Origin: an uncultured Planctomycetia bacterium
GTDB lineage: Bacteria > Planctomycetota > UBA8108 > UBA1146
Assembly (NCBI GenBank): GCA_964412635.1
Contig: CAYPPQ010000003.1
Location: 24,491-88,490 of the forward strand
DNA length: 64,000 nucleotides
Reading direction: 5' to 3'
The position numbers and the translations under genes are program-made. Within the stretch, counting starts at the first letter, position 1. Each line of letters begins with the position of its first letter. The notes beneath the pieces were generated by a model. It saw nothing but the letters and a program-made list of their open reading frames with translations. It made no database searches and was not told the origin of the DNA. This document shows, piece after piece, positions 1 to 9,331 of this stretch.

Positions 1-121
1 CGGATGCGCCGGCGGAAATATCACGAGGCGAGGGATTTTGAGCGGGCGAGTGTGAAGGTCGACCTGGTCAGCGACGAGACCGATGCGGAAAGTTCTCCAG
101 CAACCTGAGACTGTCGCCAAC

Positions 122-1153
122 TCATGGAGATTTCTGTCTCCGGATGGTCCGCTGGCGGATCGCAGGGACGATCTGCTCCCCATCGATCAGATCGGGATGC
201 ACGTCGATACCCAGCTGTGCCGGGGATTTCCCGACCCAGCGGGTGTGTTTCCCCTCCAGTCCCAGCTGTAGAGTCTCCGGGTCGAGTGTCAGTGTCGTGT
301 AGAGGGATTCCTCGTAGGGGCACGTGTGACTGATCCACGGATGTTCCGCATGGATTTTCTCGGGGTAACTGCTGTGCTTGTAGTTTCCCCCGACCCATTG
401 GTAGGACGCAGAGTTGAGATGCAGGTGAGCGATGTCACCGGCACGGACCACCTCATCGATGTGGGTGTGCCCGTTGATCACGATGATGATCCTGGATGCG
501 GCTTCGGCGAGGATCCCCTGGATCTCTTCGGCGTTGTCGATGGCCCACGGGCCCGCCAGTGGCTGGTGGCAGAGCACCAGGAATGGACCCTCGTGACTGG
601 AGAGTTGCTCCTTCAACCACTTCGTCTGGGTCTCTCCTATATGTGACGGGTAGCCGCCGCTGTGCCCTGCTGGTTTGTCGTTGCCATCGAGTACGAGCAG
701 TCGCAGGCCCTCGACATCGTGGGTGTAGTAGCGCCCCTTCATCCCCCACTCCTTCACGACCTGTTCGGAACTCAACCCTCCATCGGTGTCGTGGTTGCCG
801 ATCACATGAAGGGAGACGGGATGTGCTTCGTTGAATTTCTTGACCAGCGGTCGGTTCCCCGCCTTGGCCTGGGCGAAGTCTCCCAGTTGCACGATGGCAT
901 CGGGGGGAGTTGGTTTCATCGCATCCAGAAATGCATCGAGTCTGGCAGGCGCATCATGCATCACGTCGTGATGGAGGTCGGCGATGAGACCGATCCTGAT
1001 CGGCTTCCTGAGCAGCCCGATGGCCGCGTGAGAGAGGGAAGGGAGTGACAGGGAGCAGAGTGCTGAACCGATGATGACTCCTGCCTGCTGCAGAAAGACC
1101 CGTCTGGGAACCGAGGGGAGCGGGTGATCTGTTTTGCCGGGAAACCGGGACAT
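122..1153 (-). CDS. Tat-exported calcineurin-like metallophosphoesterase (periplasmic phosphoesterase)
   Basis: 343-aa ORF. Twin-arginine motif SVPRRVFLQQAGVIIGSAL at the N-terminus. Metallophosphoesterase motifs GDFAQ, GNHD and GHTH. ATG at 1153 is preceded by CAGGAGAGG. Confidence 0.75.
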   Translation of the reverse strand: MSRFPGKTDHPLPSVPRRVFLQQAGVIIGSALCSLSLPSLSHAAIGLLRKPIRIGLIADLHHDVMHDAPARLDAFLDAMKPTPPDAIVQLGDFAQAKAGNRPLVKKFNEAHPVSLHVIGNHDTDGGLSSEQVVKEWGMKGRYYTHDVEGLRLLVLDGNDKPAGHSGGYPSHIGETQTKWLKEQLSSHEGPFLVLCHQPLAGPWAIDNAEEIQGILAEAASRIIIVINGHTHIDEVVRAGDIAHLHLNSASYQWVGGNYKHSSYPEKIHAEHPWISHTCPYEESLYTTLTLDPETLQLGLEGKHTRWVGKSPAQLGIDVHPDLIDGEQIVPAIRQRTIRRQKSP

Positions 1154-1306
1154 GGAGGAGCCTCTCCTGTTGACCAGATGAGTGAGTTGTCAATCTAGCA
1201 GAAGTTCAGCGAGTGAACGAGGAGAGAGTGAGACAGGAATGGTGGGCAGCAGATGTTGACCGAGAATCGATTGCGGACGATGGACTTGACCCGCTCGGCA
1301 GCGGAC

Positions 1307-1326
1307 AATCTGCAAGGAATCTGCAA
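1307..1326 (+). promoter_or_regulatory. Two direct repeats AATCTGCAA spaced 11 bp, 20-40 bp upstream of phnA; candidate response-regulator (Pho-box-like) site
   Basis: The sequence shows AATCTGCAAgg AATCTGCAAtt with 11-bp periodicity, immediately before the RBS GGAAGGGAA and ATG 1347. The link to a regulator is inference only. Confidence 0.3.
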
Positions 1327-1346
1327 TTTCCCTGGAAGGGAACCCG

Positions 1347-2603
1347 ATGGATAGCATCGCTGCCAATCACTTCGCCGTAAATGGCCGCAGTTACCAGCCG
1401 CCTGCGCGCCCCATCGCAGTGCTGTGCCTCGACGGCTGTTCCGATGATTACATCGACACTGCCATCGAGCATGGCCGCATGCCGGTGCTGAAGAAGATGA
1501 TCGAGGGGGGGTTCCGGGCAGTGGCCCGGGGTGCTCTTCCTTCCTTCACCAACGTCAACAACTCCGCCATCGTCACCGGCGTGCCTCCCATCGAGACGGG
1601 GATCTCGGGGAACTTCTTTCTCGATCCTGACAGTCAGCAAGCAGTGATGATGAACTCCTCGAAGTATCTTCGTTGCGGGACGATCCTGGCGTCAGCATCT
1701 GCAGCGGGACGAAAAGTCGCAATGGTCACGGCCAAGGAGAAGTTGAGGGACATCCTTTCCCTTGAACTTCCACTCTCCAGCGGCAAGGCCTTCGCCTTCT
1801 CGACGGAAAAGGCATCGGAGGCGTGTCAGGAGACACATGGACTCGGCGATGTGGAGGAGGTCGTTGGTCGTGCGCAACCGGAGATTTATTCCGGAGATGC
1901 GAGCCTCTACGTTCTCGATGCAGGGGTGGCGCTGATCGAGCGCGGAATGGCGGACTTCTGTTACCTCTCCCTGACCGATTTCATGCAGCATGCACACGAA
2001 CCGAAAGAAGCGGAGATGCTCGAGTTCATGGCGGGTATCGATGACGCCATCGGTAGATTGCTGGCCCTCGATTGCGTGGTGGCCGCCACTGCGGATCACG
2101 GAATGAACTACAAGGTCAACGACGATGGATCGCCAAAGGTGATCTTCCTCGAGCAGGTCCTCACCGAGCAGTTCGGAGAGGGAGTGACGGTGATCTGCCC
2201 CATCACCGACCCCTACGTGGCACACCATGGCGCCCTCGGTTCGGCGGTGACGGTTCACCTGGCGGATTCCCTCGATGCAACTGCGGTGGCGACCTTCATC
2301 AAGGGACTCGATGGAGTTACCGAGGTACTCTCCCGGTCGCAGGCGCAGGAGCAGCTGGAGTTACCGGGTGATCGGATCGGAGATCTGTACATCCTGTCGG
2401 CACAGGATGTGGTTCTCGGTAAGCAGCCAGTGGATCACGACCTCTCTCAACTTCATGGCCGCTTGAGGTCGCACGGTGGCCGCTTCGAGGAGATGGTGCC
2501 GATGATTGTCTCGGAACCACTCACTCGCGTAGATTCAGAACTGCGCAACTTTGACGTCTTCGATCTGGCTTGTAACCATCATCGGATGCAGAAGGAGAGT
2601 TGA
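1347..2603 (+). CDS. phnA: Phosphonoacetate hydrolase PhnA (alkaline-phosphatase superfamily)
   Basis: 418 aa. It matches my recollection of PhnA well: SYQPPARPIAVLCLDGCSDDYID, PSFTNVNNSAIVTG, GNFFLDPDSQ, VAMVTAKEKLRD. RBS GGAAGGGAA before the ATG. Confidence 0.8.
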   Translation: MDSIAANHFAVNGRSYQPPARPIAVLCLDGCSDDYIDTAIEHGRMPVLKKMIEGGFRAVARGALPSFTNVNNSAIVTGVPPIETGISGNFFLDPDSQQAVMMNSSKYLRCGTILASASAAGRKVAMVTAKEKLRDILSLELPLSSGKAFAFSTEKASEACQETHGLGDVEEVVGRAQPEIYSGDASLYVLDAGVALIERGMADFCYLSLTDFMQHAHEPKEAEMLEFMAGIDDAIGRLLALDCVVAATADHGMNYKVNDDGSPKVIFLEQVLTEQFGEGVTVICPITDPYVAHHGALGSAVTVHLADSLDATAVATFIKGLDGVTEVLSRSQAQEQLELPGDRIGDLYILSAQDVVLGKQPVDHDLSQLHGRLRSHGGRFEEMVPMIVSEPLTRVDSELRNFDVFDLACNHHRMQKES

Positions 2604-2605
2604 AG

Positions 2606-4036
2606 ATGACCACATCATCCAGCCCTGTACTTCCCTGTCTCATCGGTGGCGATGAGGTGAGTTCGCAGGACTTGCTCGAAGTTCGCTATCCCTACACCTC
2701 AGAGGTGGTCAGTCGTGTTCCGATGTTGACGCCGGAGGATGGAAACCGGGCCATCGAGGTGGCCCTGCAGGGCGGTCCGATGGAGGACCACCACTCCAGA
2801 TACGAGGTGCTCTCGGCAGTTCGAACCCTGCTCGAAACGCGTCAGGAAGAATTCGCCGGCTACATTCTCAAGGATACAGGTCTTTGCATCCGAGAAGCTC
2901 GTTACGAAGTGGGCCGCTGCCTCGATGTGTTGCTCTTTGCAGCGATGGAATCGATTCGTGATGTCGGTGAAGTGATCTGTGGAGATGTATCACCGCATGG
3001 GAAGAAGCGGCGAATCCTGGCGGTTCGTGAGCCTCTTCCGGTGGCGCTCGCCATCACGCCCTTCAATCATCCTCTCAACCAGGTGGTTCACAAGGTCGCT
3101 CCCGCCATCGCTGCAGGAACCCCGGTGATCCTCAAGCCGAGTGAAAAGACCCCGACTGCGGCGATTCATTTCGTCGAGTTGCTACTGGAAGCGGGATTAC
3201 CCCCCCACATGATCTCGGTGGTGGTGGGTCCGGTCGAGACGACGGTTCGATCGCTCATCGAGGATCCCCGTGTCTCGCTGGTCTCCTTCACTGGCGGCAC
3301 CAAGATCGGCAAGGGCATCGCCCAGCTTGCCGGGTACAAGAAGTTGTGTCTGGAACTGGGGGGAAACAGTCCACTCATCATCCACTCCGATGCAGATCTC
3401 GAACTTGCGGTGACTCTCGCCGCTGAAGGATGTTTCAGAAATAGCGGTCAACGCTGTACCGCGGTGAAACGTTTGCTGGTCGACCGGTCGGTGGTAGAGC
3501 CGTTCACCGCTGCCTTCGTTGAAAAGGCACGGGAGTATCGCTGCGGTGATCCACAGGATGAGGCGACCCGTGTCGGTACGGTGATCGATGAGGATGCCGC
3601 ACTGCTCCTCGAAGGAAGGGTCAACGATGCGGTCGCCGGTGGCGCTCGGGTGCTGCTGGGTGGCACTCGCGAGGGAGCCATGATGGAACCGACCGTCATC
3701 GCCGATGTCACTGCCGATATGGAAATGGTCCGTGAGGAGAGTTTCGGCCCCCTTGCGCCGATCCTGGTCACCGATGGAATCGACGATGCCATCGACATGG
3801 CAAACAACTCCAGCTACGGCCTCTCCACCGGTGTCGTGACGAAGGATATGTCGGCAGCGATGGCGGTGGCTCGGAGGGTAAGAACCGGGACCGTCAATAT
3901 CAACGAGGTTCCCGGCTGGCGAACGGAAACGAGCCCCTTCGGCGGTGTCAAGGACAGTGGACTTGGTATCAAGGAGGGCGTGGTGGAGGCGATGAAGATG
4001 TTATCGACGGTGAAGAGCATCTCGCTACCGTGGTGA
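2606..4036 (+). CDS. phnY: NAD(P)-dependent aldehyde dehydrogenase; phosphonoacetaldehyde dehydrogenase (PhnY) inferred from context
   Basis: ALDH hallmarks ELGGNSP and catalytic Cys in GQRCTA. It starts 2 nt after the phnA stop, with RBS GAAGGAGAG; the ORF track extends it to TTG 2600. The PhnY assignment is inferred from coupling to phnA. Confidence 0.65.
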   Translation: MTTSSSPVLPCLIGGDEVSSQDLLEVRYPYTSEVVSRVPMLTPEDGNRAIEVALQGGPMEDHHSRYEVLSAVRTLLETRQEEFAGYILKDTGLCIREARYEVGRCLDVLLFAAMESIRDVGEVICGDVSPHGKKRRILAVREPLPVALAITPFNHPLNQVVHKVAPAIAAGTPVILKPSEKTPTAAIHFVELLLEAGLPPHMISVVVGPVETTVRSLIEDPRVSLVSFTGGTKIGKGIAQLAGYKKLCLELGGNSPLIIHSDADLELAVTLAAEGCFRNSGQRCTAVKRLLVDRSVVEPFTAAFVEKAREYRCGDPQDEATRVGTVIDEDAALLLEGRVNDAVAGGARVLLGGTREGAMMEPTVIADVTADMEMVREESFGPLAPILVTDGIDDAIDMANNSSYGLSTGVVTKDMSAAMAVARRVRTGTVNINEVPGWRTETSPFGGVKDSGLGIKEGVVEAMKMLSTVKSISLPW

Positions 4037-4077
4037 TGGATCTCGACTCCTTGCGTTGAATAAAGAGGAGCGTGCAG

Positions 4078-4704
4078 ATGCGGAGAAAGATGTTCGACAG
4101 GATGTCGATACTGTCGGCAATACTACTGCTGGTCGTTCCTGGCATCGTCGGGTGTCTTCAGCCGGAAAAACTCATCGATCGGAAGGCACGGGTAGTCATG
4201 GATGCGATGTCCGATGTAAATCAATGTACTCTTGTCGTCCTACGCCACTGTGAAAAGGGATCGGGGTCTGATCCCTCCCTCACCGATGAGGGTTTTGTTC
4301 GATCGGAAGCACTGGCCCAGTTGCTGGGGGACTCCCCCATCACTCGCATTCTATGCACCGAGTACCGACGGACCCATCAGAGTGTCGAAGCGCTATCGCG
4401 GAGTGTCGGTGTTGAAATCGAAACGATCTCGGCGGCAGATTCTCCAGCGTGGCGAGAGGTACTGGCACAGATCAGTGCAGGAGATCGTGTGGTGATCTGT
4501 GGTCACCAGAACACCGTGCCTCTCTTCGTCGAAGCGGTTGGCGGGACCATCGGTGGCACCGAGAAGGTGTCGGGCCAGGCATGGATCCCCGGGTATGCAT
4601 TCGATCGACTGTATCTGATCACCTGGAACGGTTCCGAGGCGATACCTGCCTCTTCTGCCAGCACGGTAGAACTGCGCTACGGCACGGTTTGCGACCCTTC
4701 CTGA
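4078..4704 (+). CDS. Histidine phosphatase superfamily (SixA/PGAM-like) lipoprotein
   Basis: The signal MRRKMFDRMSILSAILLLVVPGIVGC has a lipobox. The RHG-type catalytic motif is present as LVVLRHCEK. AGGAG lies 7 nt before ATG 4078; the ORF track starts at GTG 4072. Confidence 0.6.
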   Translation: MRRKMFDRMSILSAILLLVVPGIVGCLQPEKLIDRKARVVMDAMSDVNQCTLVVLRHCEKGSGSDPSLTDEGFVRSEALAQLLGDSPITRILCTEYRRTHQSVEALSRSVGVEIETISAADSPAWREVLAQISAGDRVVICGHQNTVPLFVEAVGGTIGGTEKVSGQAWIPGYAFDRLYLITWNGSEAIPASSASTVELRYGTVCDPS

Positions 4705-4806
4705 GCCATTCCTCGGCTATCTCCAGCCGCCGTTCCACGCTATGATGGAACCTTATGTTCGCCATCGATTTCGACGCTGTATCGTCGGTCTTGAAATGAG
4801 GAAATC

Positions 4807-5961
4807 ATGAAGCTTCTGACACTGCGCTCTCTCTTGGTACTGATGGTCGTGGGATTACTCGGCAGCCTTCATGCGCATCCAGCCCTCCCCGGATCTCATC
4901 TGTGGGATCTCAACGAGGTGTTTTCCAACTCCGATGGAACGATCCAGTTCGTCGAGATCTACCAGCCGACCAGTGCCTGTTGTGAGAACAACCTCGGTAC
5001 CAAGTGGATCGAGAGCACGGCGACCGGTAGTACCTTTACCTTCCCGACGGGGATCGTCGGCAATACCGCCTTCAAGCACATCCTCATCGGGACTGCAGGA
5101 TTTGCAGCATTACCCGGGGCCCCCACTCCAGACTTTGTCTTGCCTGATAACTTCCTGGGACTCAGCGGCGACACCATCACCTTCTACTTCTATGACGAGT
5201 GGGTGTACGCCACCGGTGAATTGCCACTCGACGGTGTCAATTCTCTTCAGGTAAATCTGGGTAGCGGACTCCTCGAGACGGGACTCAACTCACCGACCAA
5301 CTTCAACGACGACACCGGCAGTGTCGATGCTGGAGGCGGGCCTCCTGCTCCGGTTACAGTTTCATTTGAAATCGCCAGTGATAGTACTCCTGAGAACAGT
5401 GGGATCTATTCTGCAACGGTGGTTCTCAGGGGAGGTCCTCAAGGCGACGACATTCCGGCAGGGCTCTCCCTGTCGGGGACTGCAAATCCTGCAATTGATT
5501 ACTCTGTTTCGGGGATGCTCCTGATCCCGGACGGCTCGACGACCGTGCAGGTCGAGATCACCATCATCGATGACACCGAGATCGAGGTGGATGAAACCGC
5601 GATCCTGACGCTTCAGGTGCCTCCTGGTGTCGAACTGGGTGCACAGTCCACATTCACGCTGACCATCCTCGATAACGATTCACCGCCGGTGACCAGCTTC
5701 GTGCGAGGCGATACCAACGCCGATGGAACCATCGATATCACCGATTCCATCTACGCCCTCGGGTATCTCTTCTCCAGCGGACCTGCCACCTGTTTGAATG
5801 CTCTCGATGCAAACGACGACAATGCCGTGGATATCTCCGATGCGATCAACCTGCTCACCTACCTGTTCAACGGTGGGGCTGCTCCCTCCGCTCCGGTGAC
5901 CTGTGGTCCAGATCCCACCCCGGGTGCTCTCGATTGTGCAGGTTTTGACGCTTGTCCCTGA
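4807..5961 (+). CDS. Secreted protein with Calx-beta-like and C-terminal dockerin-like repeats
   Basis: Signal peptide MKLLTLRSLLVLMVVGLLGSLHA. Calx-beta-like IDDTEIEVDETAILTL...LDND. Tandem dockerin/EF-hand-like DTNADGTIDITD and DANDDNAVDISD. RBS GAGGAAATC. Confidence 0.6.
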   Translation: MKLLTLRSLLVLMVVGLLGSLHAHPALPGSHLWDLNEVFSNSDGTIQFVEIYQPTSACCENNLGTKWIESTATGSTFTFPTGIVGNTAFKHILIGTAGFAALPGAPTPDFVLPDNFLGLSGDTITFYFYDEWVYATGELPLDGVNSLQVNLGSGLLETGLNSPTNFNDDTGSVDAGGGPPAPVTVSFEIASDSTPENSGIYSATVVLRGGPQGDDIPAGLSLSGTANPAIDYSVSGMLLIPDGSTTVQVEITIIDDTEIEVDETAILTLQVPPGVELGAQSTFTLTILDNDSPPVTSFVRGDTNADGTIDITDSIYALGYLFSSGPATCLNALDANDDNAVDISDAINLLTYLFNGGAAPSAPVTCGPDPTPGALDCAGFDACP

Positions 5962-6581
5962 GGTGGATCTCGATCCTGCTGTGCATCGGAGCAGTGCTGA
6001 TGGCTGCGGGTTGCCATCTCGGTGAGTCTCGCAGCGATCCCCGCTGGAATCCTTCCTGTGTCGGTTGTCAGGAAGCGATGCCGGTCAACGGCTGGTGTTC
6101 CCCGTGTGATCACGGACTGGTGGCGGGCCGGATCATCCCTTCAAGACAGTTTCACGAGCTCCTCGATGCTCACGGTCACGAGGTGGAGATCTCCACGCTG
6201 CAGTGCGGAATGTGTCGAGTGGTGGCACCGCATGACGGCTTCTGCTCCCGCTGTCGCAACGGCTTCGTTGCCGGCCAGCTGTACTTTTCCGAGTTGACCT
6301 GGGCCCTGGCCGGTGGCGTTCAGGAGTCGAGAGGGATCGACTGTCGTGGCTGCCAGGAACTGCTCGAGGATTCGGGGCAGTGCTCCCTGTGCTCTGCTCA
6401 CTGGGTGGGTTCGGTTCGTTTTGTCGAGCCGGAGCCGGCGGCGATTGCCGCTCACCAGTTCGAGCGGCTGGAGATCGCCCTGCAGCGGCTGGAGCGGTGC
6501 GAAGAGTGCGCTCTCGCCGGATTTTTTGGTTCTCGCTGCCGTGTTTGTGGCCAGGAGCCGATCCCGGATCCCCTCAAATAG
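5952..6581 (+). CDS. Cys-rich lipoprotein with four tandem CxxC-x8/9-CxxC (zinc-ribbon-like) modules
   Basis: TTG start overlapping the upstream stop. Signal SLRWISILLCIGAVLMAAGC. Four repeats of the form CVGCQ..GWCSPCDHGLVAG. A terminator follows the gene. Confidence 0.5.
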   Translation: MSLRWISILLCIGAVLMAAGCHLGESRSDPRWNPSCVGCQEAMPVNGWCSPCDHGLVAGRIIPSRQFHELLDAHGHEVEISTLQCGMCRVVAPHDGFCSRCRNGFVAGQLYFSELTWALAGGVQESRGIDCRGCQELLEDSGQCSLCSAHWVGSVRFVEPEPAAIAAHQFERLEIALQRLERCEECALAGFFGSRCRVCGQEPIPDPLK

Positions 6582-6747
6582 CCTATCAGAGGCTGAATTC
6601 GACGATTTCCCCGCCTTTTCGAGAATTCCCGGTTTTCTTGGTCCGATCTCGTCCCGGTACCGGATCCAAGGACATGGGAAGGGGGGGCGCCGAAGGCGGG
6701 CTGGCGATCCCCCCGACCCTGGCTTGAAAAATCTGAACACCTCCTCA

Positions 6748-6792
6748 CCGGAGCCTCTGGGCTTGTCGCCCGGAGGCTCCGCGTCTTTTTTA
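6748..6792 (+). terminator. Rho-independent terminator after the Cys-rich lipoprotein gene
   Basis: A 13-bp stem GGAGCCTCTGGGC / GCCCGGAGGCTCC with one G-U pair and loop TTGTC, followed by GCGTCTTTTTTAT. Confidence 0.55.
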
Positions 6793-6827
6793 TGAGGAGG
6801 AGGACACAGGATGGTGTACCGATTCCA

Positions 6828-7436
6828 TCACGTTTCGGGATACCAGCCGGTCGGCAGCACCGAGCGGATCTCACCTCGGGCCACTCCCTCTTCGAAGATT
6901 TCCGGGTACACCTCATCGATCCAGCGAAGCAGATCAACCGGCTGATGCTGCTCGAGCAGTTCGCGAAATCGATAAGGTCCCTCATGTCCCTTTCGACTGT
7001 GGCCGAAGGGAATGAATCGAAGTTGCTTCCAGGCGACCTCCAGGGAGTCTCCGCAGATGGAGTGTCGATAGAGTGCCGATGCGAAGCCGGTCTTGTCCTT
7101 ACCCCTCTTGCAGTACAGGAGTATCGGCCTGGGACCATCCGACATGATCCTCATCAAATTCTGGAGCGGTTCGGGATGGGGTAGGTCGGAAGCTCTCAGG
7201 TGAAGATTGTGGTACTGGATTCCCATCGATTCGAAATCGATCTGCTGGCTTGATTCATCGCTGCGGTTCGATCGGCGAAGATCAATAGCGCAGCGGATTC
7301 CAAGTTCTTCCAGTGACCTGCTGAATCGAGCGGGTGAAGTTGATCTCCTCGCCATGCGCCAGGCACCGGAGTCATCGAGTGGATGGAGGTTCGATCGCAC
7401 AATCTGTCGATAGATCGCTGCCATCACAGAACTCAT
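6828..7436 (-). CDS. PFA-DSP / Siw14-like atypical dual-specificity phosphatase; P-loop CKRGKDKTG has Lys in place of the catalytic Arg
   Basis: The P-loop LLYCKRGKDKTGFASALY resembles HCKRGKHRTG of plant/fungal PFA-DSPs. The ORF track extends to 7634, but that N-terminus is low-complexity and overlaps the divergent gene's leader, so I start at the internal ATG 7436 (MSSVMAAIY). Confidence 0.5.
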   Translation of the reverse strand: MSSVMAAIYRQIVRSNLHPLDDSGAWRMARRSTSPARFSRSLEELGIRCAIDLRRSNRSDESSQQIDFESMGIQYHNLHLRASDLPHPEPLQNLMRIMSDGPRPILLYCKRGKDKTGFASALYRHSICGDSLEVAWKQLRFIPFGHSRKGHEGPYRFRELLEQHQPVDLLRWIDEVYPEIFEEGVARGEIRSVLPTGWYPET

Positions 7437-7534
7437 GGTTCGTCTCCATCTTCCTGGCGGAGAGAGTCCGCCCCTGCGGCCCCATCCTGGGTTACGATTT
7501 TGCCGACAGGCCTGTCTCACCGAAAGGGGATCTG

Positions 7535-8431
7535 ATGAACTCGATGTTTTCGACTCTATTACTCCTGACCTGCTTGCAAGTACCTGCAATCGAGTCGATT
7601 GATTCTCCCGCCGATGATGCGCAGTGGAAAACACCGGATCTGAAGATCACTGCCATCCCCGAGCATCTGTCTGCATTCACCGGTGCTTTTGACAGATATA
7701 CCTCCGTCTTCGGTGTTCATCTGTTTGCCACGAAGAGTTTTTCTGATGCGAAGTTGATTCATGTCGCTGCGGTCCTTGCCGAGTATCTCGACAATGACGA
7801 GGACGGTGTTCCAGACAATCCTCAGGTGGTGGAAGCGATGGCTTCTCGCCAGATGGGTATGGTGCTGTTCGGATCGGAAAGAGAGATGGAGCGACTGGAT
7901 GGATCCACCATCGAGAGCCTGGGTTATCGAAATCTACAGGGGCAGTTCGCAGAGGAGACCAGACCGGAAAGAGGATTCGATGCCACTCTCGAGGAGGTCC
8001 TTCACCTGGTGACCGTTGGTTATTGCGAGGCGTACCCGCGAGTCTTCGGCGCGATGCCAGATACCCAGCTGGGAGACTGCCTCGATCGGGCACGAGGGGG
8101 CAGGTTCGCAAGGGTACCGAGGAGATATCCGGAGGAGTCGTGGTTCCACTACGATGATCGCAGTTGTGATTATTCATGCATGGCGGTGGAGTATCTCTAC
8201 TGGGCACTGACTTCTTTACTCGGTGCTCAGGATGATCCACAACGCTCACGAGAAATTCGCCACGAGTGGGAGTTGACCAGTGAAGAGCTGGTTCGAAAAA
8301 AGGACCCGTGGATCACCTCGTTGCTGGAGGATCCTGGATACCACTGGGCGAGTCGACTTCCCGACGGCAAGTACCGCCAGAAGGAGAAGAAGGAAACGAA
8401 GGTGGGAAAGGTGCAGGAGGGGCTCAGATGA
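7535..8431 (+). CDS. Secreted hypothetical protein
   Basis: ATG 7535 is preceded by AAGGGGA. Signal MNSMFSTLLLLTCLQVPA. I recognise no family. Its stop overlaps the next start (ATGA). Confidence 0.55.
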   Translation: MNSMFSTLLLLTCLQVPAIESIDSPADDAQWKTPDLKITAIPEHLSAFTGAFDRYTSVFGVHLFATKSFSDAKLIHVAAVLAEYLDNDEDGVPDNPQVVEAMASRQMGMVLFGSEREMERLDGSTIESLGYRNLQGQFAEETRPERGFDATLEEVLHLVTVGYCEAYPRVFGAMPDTQLGDCLDRARGGRFARVPRRYPEESWFHYDDRSCDYSCMAVEYLYWALTSLLGAQDDPQRSREIRHEWELTSEELVRKKDPWITSLLEDPGYHWASRLPDGKYRQKEKKETKVGKVQEGLR

Positions 8432-9264
8432 AGAGACCGGTTGCCCTGGTCACCGGCGCCAGTGCTGGTATCGGTCATGCGTTTGCGGTGGAACTGGCTC
8501 ACCGTGGACATGATCTGGTGCTGGTCGCCAGGAGACAGGAGCGTCTCGATCGGATCTGCAAGGATCTCTCCTGCCGCTACGGGATCGAGTGCTACCGGGA
8601 AACGATGGACCTGGCACAGAGGGGCGCGGTGAAGGATCTGCTAGGGCGACTCGATGCCCAGAACCTGACGGTGGAAGTGTTGATCAACAATGCAGGCTAC
8701 GGACTCTCCGGTTCCTTCCTTTCCCGTCGCTGGCAGCAACATGAGGATTTCCTGCAACTGCTTCTGGTGGTGGTCTGCGAGCTGACCCACGGAGTTCTGC
8801 CGGGGATGAAAGAGCGGGGCCACGGTCGTATCATCCAGGTTTCCTCCGTTGCTGGCTTCTTGCCGGGAACCGCCGGACACACCCTTTATGGAGCGGTGAA
8901 ATCGGCACTGAATGTATTCACGGAGTGCCTGTCACTGGAGTGTCGAGGTAGCGGGATTCACGTCACCTCGCTGTGTCCCGGGTTCACGACCACCGAGTTT
9001 CACGATGTGAACGGGACCCGTGAAATGATGTCGAAGATGCCAGGATTCATGTGGCTCGATGCGAACCGGGTTGCCAGGGAGGCCCTCGATGCTTGCGATC
9101 AGGGTGAGGTCTACTGCATCCCGGGGTTGTTTTACAGGATGCTTCTCAGATTCCTGGCACTTCTTCCGGCGCGAATTCGTCGTTCCTTCGTGGGCTCCAG
9201 AGGATCGTCATTTCGGGACTCCTCCGAAAATCAGGTGGCAGATCAGGGCAGTAAGGAGCAATAA
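8428..9264 (+). CDS. Short-chain dehydrogenase/reductase (SDR)
   Basis: The Rossmann motif LVTGASAGIG begins at MKRPVALVTGASAGIGHAFA. Catalytic YGAVKSAL (YxxxK). RBS CAGGAGGGG. Confidence 0.8.
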   Translation: MKRPVALVTGASAGIGHAFAVELAHRGHDLVLVARRQERLDRICKDLSCRYGIECYRETMDLAQRGAVKDLLGRLDAQNLTVEVLINNAGYGLSGSFLSRRWQQHEDFLQLLLVVVCELTHGVLPGMKERGHGRIIQVSSVAGFLPGTAGHTLYGAVKSALNVFTECLSLECRGSGIHVTSLCPGFTTTEFHDVNGTREMMSKMPGFMWLDANRVAREALDACDQGEVYCIPGLFYRMLLRFLALLPARIRRSFVGSRGSSFRDSSENQVADQGSKEQ

Positions 9265-9331
9265 GCAATAGCTGAGTGACGAGCCACTCTCTGGCTGACC
9301 GTTCTCATGTTCGTTATGACAGGAATTAGAA

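Noticed and set aside
6452-7138. 228-aa minus-strand ORF
   Set aside because: It overlaps the recognisable PFA-DSP-like phosphatase gene in another frame and runs through the terminator hairpin. The protein is Arg/Ser-rich low complexity, typical of a spurious GC-rich ORF.
7334-7534. N-terminal extensions proposed by the ORF track, also at 8308, 23889, 46993, 49384, 51610 and 60913
   Set aside because: Internal starts with a good Shine-Dalgarno sequence and an immediate signal peptide or first conserved motif are more plausible. The extensions are low-complexity and overlap divergent promoters or repeats.
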